Positions 16,709 to 24,979 of a stretch of DNA of 40,075 nt are shown here, piece by piece (position 1 is the stretch's first letter; the number at the start of each line of letters is the position of its first letter). This stretch comes from a virus. Taxonomy: Duplodnaviria; Caudoviricetes. Location: IMG/VR virus record IMGVR_UViG_3300036833_000243, positions 1 to 40,075 of that record. One strand, given 5' to 3'. A model generated the notes under the pieces. The model saw only the letters and a program-made list of their open reading frames with translations. It made no database searches and was not told the origin of the DNA. The position numbers and the translations under genes are program-made.

Positions 16709-16724
16709 AACATCCCAAAGTGTA
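16709..16724. promoter_or_regulatory. Operator at the divergent junction between the leftward cassette and terL
   Basis: AACATCCCAAAGTGTA fits the consensus. Confidence 0.65.
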
Positions 16725-16834
16725 GCGCAGACCAGGTCCCGGCGTAAGCCCAAAAATCCGACTATCCCCCGCAAATTTTCACGCCTATCTTGAAAACCGA
16801 CAGGAAAGGGCGTTCACGCCCGTCTTGAACCGAC

Positions 16835-18325
16835 ATGCCGCGCATCCGCAAGGTCAAGCTCACGCCGCGCGTTCCGAGCGCCGCCGATTTCGCGGCGCTG
16901 GAACAAAAACTCAAGCAGCAAGAGACGCTGCTGCGCCGGTTTGCGCTCGAAAAAGAGCGCAGGATTAGCGTCAATCGGCTCGCCGTCTACAAGCCCTATC
17001 CCAAGCAGCAAGAGTTCCACGACGCCGGCGTCAAATACCGCGAGCGCGGCTTCATGGCCGGCAACCAGATCGGCAAGACCATGGCTGGCGCCGCCGAGGC
17101 GGCGATGCACTTGAGCGGCCGCTATCCCGATTGGTGGCACGGCCGCGTGTTCGATCACGCCATCCGCGCCGCCGCCGGCTCCGAGAGCGCCGAACTCACC
17201 CGCGACGGCGTGCAACGCCTGATCGTCGGCAACCCACGCGACGAGGGCGCTTGGGGCACCGGCATGCTGCCGAAGGATACGCTCGCCAACTGGACGCGCC
17301 GGAACGGCGTTTCCGACGCGCTCGACGGCATCGTCGTGCGCTGGGGCGGCGGCGGCGACGTGCAAGCAGGACACTCGACGCTCAACTTCAAGAGCTACGA
17401 CCAGGGCCGCGGCAAGTGGCAGGCCGACACCGTCGATTTCGTGTGGCTCGACGAAGAGGCGCCGATGGAAATCTATTCCGAGGCGCTCACCCGCATCTCC
17501 TCGACCAACGGCATGGTGTATTCGACCTTCACACCGCTGATCGGCATGTCGGAAGTGTGTCGCCGCTTTTTGCTGGAGCCGTCGCCCGATCGCACCCTCA
17601 TCAACATGACGATCGACGACGCCGAGCACTACACGCCGGCGCAACGCGCGCAGATCGTCGCCGGCTATCCGCCGCACGAGCGCGAGGCGCGCGCGCGCGG
17701 CACGCCGCAATTAGGGTCAGGTCGCATCTTCCCGGTTGCCGAGGAGGAGATCAGCGTGACGGCGCGGATTTTTCCGCGCGAATTTGCGCGCATTCGCGGC
17801 ATCGACTTTGGCTATGACCACCCCTTTGGCGCGGTCGAGCTGGTGTTTGATCGCGACGCCGACACCATCTACGTCACGCGCGCATTCCGGCAACGCGAGT
17901 CGACGCCGATCATGCACGCCGCCGCCGTGCGCGCCTGGGGCAATGAATGGGTGCCTACGGCCTGGCCGCACGACGGCCTCGCCCACGACAAGGGCTCGGG
18001 CATCGAGCTGGCGACGCAGTACCGTCAGCAGCATCTCAACATGCTGCCCGAGCGCGCCACCTTCCCCGACGGCGGCTCGGGCGTCGAGGCCGGCTTGATG
18101 GCGATGCTCGATCGCATGCAGAGCGGCCGCTTCAAAGTGTTCGCGCATCTGCACGATTGGTTTGAAGAATTCCGGCTGTATCATCGCAAAGACGGCAAGG
18201 TGATCAAGGAACACGACGACCTGATGTCGGCGACGCGCTACGCGCTGATGATGCTGCGCTTCGCCAACATCGAGCCGGTGCGGCGGACGCGATTGCCGCC
18301 GTCGGGCTCCTGGCAGGCGGCGTAG
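16835..18325 (+). CDS. terL: Terminase large subunit (P22-like)
   Basis: Walker A AGNQIGKT, Walker B VWLDEE, TFTP, nuclease GIDFG..HP and DDLMSATRY. Confidence 0.97.
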   Translation: MPRIRKVKLTPRVPSAADFAALEQKLKQQETLLRRFALEKERRISVNRLAVYKPYPKQQEFHDAGVKYRERGFMAGNQIGKTMAGAAEAAMHLSGRYPDWWHGRVFDHAIRAAAGSESAELTRDGVQRLIVGNPRDEGAWGTGMLPKDTLANWTRRNGVSDALDGIVVRWGGGGDVQAGHSTLNFKSYDQGRGKWQADTVDFVWLDEEAPMEIYSEALTRISSTNGMVYSTFTPLIGMSEVCRRFLLEPSPDRTLINMTIDDAEHYTPAQRAQIVAGYPPHEREARARGTPQLGSGRIFPVAEEEISVTARIFPREFARIRGIDFGYDHPFGAVELVFDRDADTIYVTRAFRQRESTPIMHAAAVRAWGNEWVPTAWPHDGLAHDKGSGIELATQYRQQHLNMLPERATFPDGGSGVEAGLMAMLDRMQSGRFKVFAHLHDWFEEFRLYHRKDGKVIKEHDDLMSATRYALMMLRFANIEPVRRTRLPPSGSWQAA

Positions 18326-18492
18326 TCACATCGCAAATGGCAGTTCTGGCTGCGTTCTATCCTTGGTTATTACGGCCGCTTTGTCAGTGGGCCATGGGCC
18401 GATTGCCTCAATCGTATCTTTAACCTTTAATGGTGAGGCCGCCGCCGGTCTTGCCATCTATTATGATCAGGCTGTCGCGGCGGCCCCAAAGA

Positions 18493-18615
18493 TCAGCGGC
18501 AAGTCGTGACGACGGTGCCGCCGACAGTTCTGCCCGACGTGCATTGAATGCGTTGCGCCTGCGCAATCTCGGCGCCGATCGCAACAAAAATCAAAACGGC
18601 AAAAAGCAGTCTCAT
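18493..18615 (-). CDS. 40-aa secreted peptide precursor (signal peptide plus 20-aa two-Cys peptide)
   Basis: RBS ggaggg; MRLLFAVLIFVAIGAEIAQA|QRIQCTSGRTVGGTVVTTCR. Confidence 0.7.
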   Translation of the reverse strand: MRLLFAVLIFVAIGAEIAQAQRIQCTSGRTVGGTVVTTCR

Positions 18616-18680
18616 GTTGCCCTCCATCGCGGCGGCATGCCGCGCCAGCAATGCACAACATTGGAATGCGGCAAAAGCAC

Positions 18681-18696
18681 GACACCCAAGGGTGTT
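18681..18696. promoter_or_regulatory. Operator at a divergent junction
   Basis: GACACCCAAGGGTGTT, followed by aag as at 12602. Confidence 0.75.
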
Positions 18697-18722
18697 AAGG
18701 ATAAAACAGGAGAAATAGGCCA

Positions 18723-18890
18723 ATGGCCAAGGCACGACTTGGAAGCGGCAAGCGCTTCGCGGCCATCGAGCGCAAGGCCGCCAGGGGTGGCGCACGCGAT
18801 CCGGCGGCGGTTGCGGCTGCAGCCGGCATCGCCAAGTACGGCAAGCGCAAGATGGCAAAAATGGCGGCCGCCGGCCGGCGACGCAAATGA
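18723..18890 (+). CDS. 55-aa basic phage protein (not in ORF track)
   Basis: MAKARLGSGKRFAAIERKAARGGARDPAAVAAAAGIAKYGKRKMAKMAAAGRRRK; RBS aggag. Confidence 0.8.
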   Translation: MAKARLGSGKRFAAIERKAARGGARDPAAVAAAAGIAKYGKRKMAKMAAAGRRRK

Positions 18891-19081
18891 GTGATCTCAA
18901 AGACCTTGTACGCGAGGCGATCGATACTGAGGTCAAGAGTATCGTCGCGGAGGTGCTCGACCTGTGGCTGCGCGACGAGCGCGCCGACCCCGAGCGCCTC
19001 AAGGCGATGGTGCGCAAGCTGCGCGGCGCCTACGAGCGCTCGTGCCTCGCGATCGAGGCGCTCGAAAAGGACGAGGAGTAA
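18887..19081 (+). CDS. Small helical protein
   Basis: ATGA overlap with the upstream gene. Confidence 0.7.
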   Translation: MSDLKDLVREAIDTEVKSIVAEVLDLWLRDERADPERLKAMVRKLRGAYERSCLAIEALEKDEE

Positions 19082-19086
19082 GTTTG

Positions 19087-19296
19087 ATGGCACGCAAATA
19101 CGAGGCGACGACGCGCAAGGGCCGCATGGTGCCACCACCGGCGCCGATGCTGCCGCGTTTCACCATGCCGGCAGGCTCGCGCGTGATGCTCGGGCCGGTC
19201 GCGCGCGGCGCACCCAACAGCGGGCAGCTGCTCAAGCCAAAAGGCAATTCCAACCAAGCGATGCTCGGCACCACGCTCAAGAAAAAGGATCGATGA
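19087..19296 (+). CDS. Small basic Pro-rich protein
   Basis: RBS gaggag; MARKYEATTRKGRMVPP... Confidence 0.6.
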   Translation: MARKYEATTRKGRMVPPPAPMLPRFTMPAGSRVMLGPVARGAPNSGQLLKPKGNSNQAMLGTTLKKKDR

Positions 19297-19460
19297 TCAT
19301 GCAAAACGTCGGCTTGATCCTGCTCTGCTTCGCCTTCGTATTTAGCGTCATCGCTAGCTGCATAATGGTTCAGGCTGGAAGGTTCCACCTCGGCTGGGCA
19401 GCAGTTGCTATGTGGCTCGCTGCTGAAATTTTTGGGGGTGTAGGTAGGCTTTTTCACTGA
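19293..19460 (+). CDS. Two-TM small membrane protein (holin-like)
   Basis: MIMQNVGLILLCFAFVFSVIASC...FHLGWAAVAMWLAAEIFG. Confidence 0.65.
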   Translation: MIMQNVGLILLCFAFVFSVIASCIMVQAGRFHLGWAAVAMWLAAEIFGGVGRLFH

Positions 19461-19564
19461 TGTTGGATGACATGCGCTCGTCCGAGAAGCACGCGATCGG
19501 CGTCTTTCTCGTGATCGTCGCCGTGCTCGTCGTGCTGTCGATCTATGGTTGCGCGGTGGAGTGA
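19460..19564 (+). CDS. 34-aa single-TM peptide
   Basis: MLDDMRSSEKHAIGVFLVIVAVLVVLSIYGCAVE; TGATG overlap. Confidence 0.45.
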   Translation: MLDDMRSSEKHAIGVFLVIVAVLVVLSIYGCAVE

Positions 19565-19568
19565 TGAC

Positions 19569-19997
19569 ATGGCCCGCTCGCTCGTCGACCTCGGCGGCAA
19601 CGGTCGCGCCGATCGACCGATGACGCTCGCGAGCCTCGGACAGCACTACAAGGATATGCCGACGGCGACCTTTGATGACCGCTTTGGCCCCTATAACGCC
19701 GGCGCGCCGTATAGTGATCGTGACTTGCTGCGGCTCTATCTGCAGCAGCTCGGTCCCGAGGAAATCATGCCTGGGACGCGCTCCTGGCCGGCCGGATTTA
19801 TTCAGACGCAGGCAGCGCCGTTCACGCAGCTCGCCGGCGACGTCGTGCCGCTGCGCCCAGGCCAGCAGCAACCAGTCGATCCATGGTTGCTCAAAGTGCT
19901 GCAGGACCACGCCGACATCGTGCGGCGCGCACAAGCCGCCGCCCAAGGCACGCTGCGGCAGAACGTGATCCCGATTACGCCTTCGCGGGAGCGTTGA
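19569..19997 (+). CDS. Hypothetical protein, possibly virion-internal
   Basis: RBS ggag, ATG 19569; N-terminal motif shared with the next gene. Confidence 0.65.
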   Translation: MARSLVDLGGNGRADRPMTLASLGQHYKDMPTATFDDRFGPYNAGAPYSDRDLLRLYLQQLGPEEIMPGTRSWPAGFIQTQAAPFTQLAGDVVPLRPGQQQPVDPWLLKVLQDHADIVRRAQAAAQGTLRQNVIPITPSRER

Positions 19998-19998
19998 T

Positions 19999-20988
19999 GT
20001 GCCCACGCTCAATGATCTCGGCGGCGGCGACAACGCCGTCACGCTCGACAATCTGGGTGCCGGCGCCGGCGCGCTGCCGCAACCGAGTTACCTTGATTTC
20101 ATGGCGCAGCAGAACGCGCGCCGGCAGGCCGATCTCGACAATCTCTACATCGGGGCGATGGGACCGGAAAGTTTCACCGGGCCGGCGCGCGGGTCGCCGG
20201 CGGGCTTACCGACGCAGGCGCTCTCAACACCGACGCTGGCGCTCACCCGCGAGCGCATCTTGCGCGAACTTCAGGACAACCCGGCGGTGGCACGGCAGTT
20301 CGATGTCAACACCACCGCCGAGGTCGGCACCGATCCGGCTGCGCGCGCCGCTTATCAGGCCACCGCCATCGATCGCGCGGTCTCGCGCCTGATGCCACTC
20401 GCAAGCGCGATCGCGCCCGGCGCGGGCTTCTATCCAGCGCAGACGCTCGGCGCCACCCGCGCCAGCGGCATCGGCGTGCCGGCGGCGCTGTTCGCCGGCG
20501 CCAACCCCGCCGGTTTTGCCACCGGCAACGCCAGCTTTGATCCGCGTACCGGCCGCTGGGTCGGCTTCGCCGGCGGCCCGCAAACCGCCACCACCGGCGC
20601 CGGCATAACACGGGAGCTCTACGGCATCGAGGGCCCCGATCTGCCCTACGCGCGCATGGTGGGCTATTCCGGCCCCGGGCGGACCGCGATCGGCCCCGCC
20701 GGTCCACAAGGCCTCACCGACACGGTGCCCATGGGTTGGCAGGAAACCGTCGGCGCCTCGCCCTCGGGCGTCGGCTACATCAACCCGGCACAGCTGACGC
20801 GCGGCGCGGCCACGTCGCCGGCGGACCTGGCGCCGCAACCGCAACCGGAGGGGTCAAGTTTTCTGCAGCGCTTCATGCGCGCGCTCGGCCAGAGCGAGTT
20901 CAAGCCGGTCAAGCCGGTGAGCTACGACATGCCCAGGCTTGTCAGCTCCTGGCGGCCGACGCTGATCGGCGCTCGTCGTGGCCGCTAA
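19999..20988 (+). CDS. Hypothetical protein, possibly virion-internal
   Basis: 329-aa Gly/Ala/Pro-rich ORF with phage codon usage, upstream of portal. Confidence 0.75.
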   Translation: MPTLNDLGGGDNAVTLDNLGAGAGALPQPSYLDFMAQQNARRQADLDNLYIGAMGPESFTGPARGSPAGLPTQALSTPTLALTRERILRELQDNPAVARQFDVNTTAEVGTDPAARAAYQATAIDRAVSRLMPLASAIAPGAGFYPAQTLGATRASGIGVPAALFAGANPAGFATGNASFDPRTGRWVGFAGGPQTATTGAGITRELYGIEGPDLPYARMVGYSGPGRTAIGPAGPQGLTDTVPMGWQETVGASPSGVGYINPAQLTRGAATSPADLAPQPQPEGSSFLQRFMRALGQSEFKPVKPVSYDMPRLVSSWRPTLIGARRGR

Positions 20989-20999
20989 CCTCGACGAAG

Positions 21000-21015
21000 A
21001 ACATCACAAGGTGTA
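21000..21015. promoter_or_regulatory. Operator immediately before the portal start
   Basis: AACATCACAAGGTGTA fits the consensus. Confidence 0.6.
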
Positions 21016-21016
21016 A

Positions 21017-23767
21017 ATGGCTCGACGTAAGCGCTACCGCGATCGCAACCGCGACAACAGCGGTCAAAACCCGTCCGGTCTGCCCAACAACATGGTCGCG
21101 ACCCGCTACCCGGCGGACGAGACCACCAAGGAGCGGCGCACGACGTCGAGCACGACCGAGAGCGCGATCGGCTCGGCGCCCGACACCGACGCCGCCGGCA
21201 ATATCGCCGAGACCGACAAGATCGAGCCGCGCGCCGGCATCGAGGCGGTGGCGCCGCCGGACGATCTCGACGCCGTCCACGCCGAGGCACTGGAGCGTTA
21301 CGAGGCCGGCTGGGAGAAGGAGCGGCAGAACCAGAACGACGCCTACGACGACCTCAAGTTCCTCGCCGACGACATCGCGCAGTGGGACCCGATCGCGTGG
21401 CAGCAGCGCAAGAACGAGCAGCGCCCGATCCTCACCGTCAACAAGTGTCCGCAGTTCGTGCGCCAGGTCACCGGCGACATCCGCCAGATGCGGCCCGCCA
21501 TCCACGTCGTGCCGGTCGACGAGCGCGCCAAGGAGAACGTCTCGACCGAGGTGCTGCCCGAGATGGTGCGCTACATCGAGCGCCGCTCCGACGCCAAGGC
21601 GGCCTACTTCGTGGCCTCCGATCAGATGGTTGCCAGCGGCATCGGCCACTGCCGCGTCTACACCGAGTACGCCGCCGACAGCACGTTCAACCAAGAGATC
21701 GCGGTCGGCCCGATCGCCGACGGCGTCGCCGTGGTATGGGACCCCGATGCGATCGAGCTGACGCGCTCCGATGCGATGTTCTGCTTCGTCCCGGTCGATT
21801 TCGAAAAGAAGCGCGCCGAGGACAAGTGGCCGGGAAAGAACGTCGAGGCGCCGCTGACGCAAGTGGCGGCGGCTTATGACGGCTGGATGACCGACGCCCA
21901 TGTGCGCGTCGCCGAATACTGGCGCAAGGTCCCGTGCGAGCGGGAGCTGGCGTTCTATCCCGACGGCCGCATCGTCGATCTCAGCAATGACAGCTACATG
22001 GAGGCGACCGAGCCTGGTCTCGCCCAGCGCGGCGAGGAAGAGGCGAGCGAGGAATGGGCGGGCGAGAAAAGCGACGAGGATGAGGACAACGAACCGGGTG
22101 GAACGCGCGAGAGCTTAGGCGAAGAGCGGCCCACAAAAGAAGAGGCCGACTACCGCAAGGCCGAAGGCCAGCGCGCCTGCGCCAACTGCACCATGTTTCG
22201 CGCGCCGTCCATCTGCACCAAGATCGAGAACCCGGTCGCCGCCAACATGCTGTGCAATTATTTCGAGCTGCGGGCGGAGGCGCTGACGCTGGGAGGCCTC
22301 GCCGGCTTGTATCCGCCGACGCGACCACCGCTCGGCCCCGGCATGGGCCCCAAGCGTGCCGACGCAACGGCAGCGGGGGCTCGCATTGAGAAGCGCGACA
22401 GCTACTACGTCGAGCGCTTCGTCATGAACTCGCGCACGATATTGGAGGGCCCCGAGCGCTGGCCGGGGATGCACATCCCGATCGTGCCGTTCATCGGCGA
22501 GGAGGTGCGCGTCGGCCGCCGCGTCATCCGGCGCGGCATCGTGCGCCAGCTCAAGGACGTGCAGCGGCTCTACAACTGGTCGATCTCGACCGGCGCCGAG
22601 GCGATCGCGCTGCAGCCCAAGTCGCCCTACAAGGGCACGCGCGTCAACTTCGAAAAGACGATCGACCAGTGGGAGACGGCCAATATTCGCAACTGGCCGT
22701 TCCTCGAATACGAGCCCGACCCCGCCAACGGCGGCCGACCGCCCGAGCGCGAGCCGCCGCCGGTGGCGTCGAGCGGCATCGCCGAGCTGCAGCAGACTGC
22801 CACCGCCGACATGTCATCGGTCACCGGCATCTACCCGGCGCAGCTCGGCGCCGCCGGCCCGGAGACTTCGGGTAAGGCGATCGTCGCCCGCCAGCGCGAG
22901 GGCGACACCGGCACCTTCCACTATGTCGAGGCCTTCGCGCGCGCGCTCGAGCGCGTCGGCCAGATCGTTGTCGACCTCATTCCGCACGTCTACGACACCG
23001 AGCGCACGCTGCGTAACGTCGGCGACGACGGCAAGCCGTGCAAGGTCTGCATCAATAAGCAGGTGATCGATCCCAACGGCGACGGCATCGCCACCATGCT
23101 GCTCAACGACGTCACCGTCGGCGCCTATCAGGTCTCGATCGAGATGGGGCCTTCTTATTCGACCAAGCGCGAGGAGGCGCGCGAAGGCATCGCCGTCTTG
23201 ATGCAGTCGCTCGGTCAGCAGGTCGCGCCGCTGTTTGCCGATATCTTCGTGCGCATGCAAGACCTGCCGCTCGCCGATCAGCTTGCCGACCGGCTCAAGT
23301 TCCTGCTGCCGCCGCAAATCCAGCAAGCCGAAGCGGCCAAGGCCGGCGAGCCACCGCCGCCCCCACCGCCACCACCACCGCCCGATCCCAAGGCCCAGGT
23401 GCAGGCCGCCGAGCTGCAGCTCAAGAAACAGAAGCTCGACAACGAGGCCGTGCTGCAGGCCAAGCAATTCGAGATCGATCAGGCCAAGCTGCAGGTCGAT
23501 CTCGTCAAGGTTCATGCCGAGTTGCAGCGCGCAACGATGGCGCAGCAGACGGCGCTCGCGACCTCGCACGCCGATCGCGTCGAGGGCGCACTCCAGCGCG
23601 GGCACGAGGTCGGCATGGCCGCCATGGACGGCGTCGACCGCGCCCAGCAGCAGCAGATCGAGACGCTCACCACCGCCGTCGACGAGCTGCAGCAGGCGAT
23701 GATGCATATGGCGCAGATGATCGGCCGCAACGGCGGCGCGCCGCCAACATCTCCCGCCGAGGCGTGA
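21017..23767 (+). CDS. Portal protein (P22-like) with acidic and HiPIP-like insertion
   Basis: DD.KF...QW, RP.LTVNK..QFV.QV.G, WDP, IPIVPF.G, KD.QR.YN, SGKAI.ARQ.EG, GP.Y.TKR.EA motifs; C-terminal coiled coil. Confidence 0.95.
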   Translation: MARRKRYRDRNRDNSGQNPSGLPNNMVATRYPADETTKERRTTSSTTESAIGSAPDTDAAGNIAETDKIEPRAGIEAVAPPDDLDAVHAEALERYEAGWEKERQNQNDAYDDLKFLADDIAQWDPIAWQQRKNEQRPILTVNKCPQFVRQVTGDIRQMRPAIHVVPVDERAKENVSTEVLPEMVRYIERRSDAKAAYFVASDQMVASGIGHCRVYTEYAADSTFNQEIAVGPIADGVAVVWDPDAIELTRSDAMFCFVPVDFEKKRAEDKWPGKNVEAPLTQVAAAYDGWMTDAHVRVAEYWRKVPCERELAFYPDGRIVDLSNDSYMEATEPGLAQRGEEEASEEWAGEKSDEDEDNEPGGTRESLGEERPTKEEADYRKAEGQRACANCTMFRAPSICTKIENPVAANMLCNYFELRAEALTLGGLAGLYPPTRPPLGPGMGPKRADATAAGARIEKRDSYYVERFVMNSRTILEGPERWPGMHIPIVPFIGEEVRVGRRVIRRGIVRQLKDVQRLYNWSISTGAEAIALQPKSPYKGTRVNFEKTIDQWETANIRNWPFLEYEPDPANGGRPPEREPPPVASSGIAELQQTATADMSSVTGIYPAQLGAAGPETSGKAIVARQREGDTGTFHYVEAFARALERVGQIVVDLIPHVYDTERTLRNVGDDGKPCKVCINKQVIDPNGDGIATMLLNDVTVGAYQVSIEMGPSYSTKREEAREGIAVLMQSLGQQVAPLFADIFVRMQDLPLADQLADRLKFLLPPQIQQAEAAKAGEPPPPPPPPPPPDPKAQVQAAELQLKKQKLDNEAVLQAKQFEIDQAKLQVDLVKVHAELQRATMAQQTALATSHADRVEGALQRGHEVGMAAMDGVDRAQQQQIETLTTAVDELQQAMMHMAQMIGRNGGAPPTSPAEA

Positions 23768-24894
23768 TGGTGATCAGAGAGAAGGACCGTAATTTTCTTC
23801 GCTCGCTGACGCGCAGAAACGCTCGTGGGCGGACGCCTAGCATGCGCTCGCGCGTCATCCGCGGCCGTAGCGGCGGTAGTGGTGGCGGTGGCGGCAGCAG
23901 CACAGGCTTCCCCGACAGCAGCAATACTGGCTTTGCCAATGCGCCGGGTCTTACTGTTCTGGCCTCTGGCGCCAGCGTGACGATCGCCAGCGGCAATACC
24001 TACAACTTCCTCGATTTTCCTGCCGGCGCGACGCTGACGTCGCTGAGCAATATCACGTTCAATGGCTGTCGTTTCCAGTCCAATGCCGTGAGCTTTGCCA
24101 ATGTGCGGCTGACGGATTGCAGTAACATTATTTTCAATTATTGCTCGATGGTGCCGCTTTTGTCGCTGGCGATGCGGCCGACCCATCCCGGGGTGTGGCC
24201 GTCGGCGGGAGTAGCCGCTGCCGTCGACGGCGTCGGCGGCTATGCGCCTTACATGATCAATGGCAACAACGGTTATCAGTACGGCGTCCGTCTCGATGGC
24301 GCAACCGGCACCGGCGGCGTCATCATCAATCATTGCGATATCTGGGGTTTCGCCAACGCAATCGACTTGGCCGGCGCACTGAGCTGCACCGTCGCCGAGT
24401 GCTGGATACATGACGCCGCCAATCCCGATGCCCAGAGTTATCACACCGACGGCGTCGGCTATCTCGACGGTTTCGGCGGCAGAAGCAATATCGTCGTCGA
24501 CCACAACACGATCGCTTCGCTCGGCAACACCAACGCCATCGCGTTCCAGGCCGCGTCGTCGGGTTATTCCAACATCAAGGTGCGCAACAATTATTTCAGC
24601 GGCTTCGGCTACTGCGTCGACATGTGTCACAACGTGAGCGGCAACAACAATCTGGAATTTTCCGGCAACATCCTGGCGACCGATCTGCGCTGGGCCTACG
24701 GGCCGCTCTATGCCGACTTTAGCGGGCAATTCAATCTCGCCAATCCGACCAACAAGTGGTTCGGCAATAAGCTCAAGGTGATGCCGGCAACCTCACCCGG
24801 GCCCAATGCCGTCTTTTTCTTCAGCTTGGCCGATAACAACAAGTTCGTGCTTCCCAACTCGACCGTCAGCGCGGCGGACTGGGTGCCGAACTGA
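23764..24894 (+). CDS. Right-handed parallel beta-helix protein
   Basis: Asn-ladder repeats (NITFNGCRF, NIIFNYC, HTDGV, NIVVDHNTI, NIKVRNNYF) after a basic N-terminus and Gly linker. Confidence 0.75.
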   Translation: MMVIREKDRNFLRSLTRRNARGRTPSMRSRVIRGRSGGSGGGGGSSTGFPDSSNTGFANAPGLTVLASGASVTIASGNTYNFLDFPAGATLTSLSNITFNGCRFQSNAVSFANVRLTDCSNIIFNYCSMVPLLSLAMRPTHPGVWPSAGVAAAVDGVGGYAPYMINGNNGYQYGVRLDGATGTGGVIINHCDIWGFANAIDLAGALSCTVAECWIHDAANPDAQSYHTDGVGYLDGFGGRSNIVVDHNTIASLGNTNAIAFQAASSGYSNIKVRNNYFSGFGYCVDMCHNVSGNNNLEFSGNILATDLRWAYGPLYADFSGQFNLANPTNKWFGNKLKVMPATSPGPNAVFFFSLADNNKFVLPNSTVSAADWVPN

Positions 24895-24979
24895 TAGCGA
24901 ATTTCGCGCAGCGCGACCGCCACGCCGGCGGTTGCCGCCGAAGAAGTGAGGCCGCCGATCGGCGGCGATTTTTCATGGA

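Noticed and set aside
18326-18457. 43-aa minus-strand ORF ending QPELPFAM (clamp-binding-like motif)
   Set aside because: No clear RBS and no recognisable family; too weak to call.
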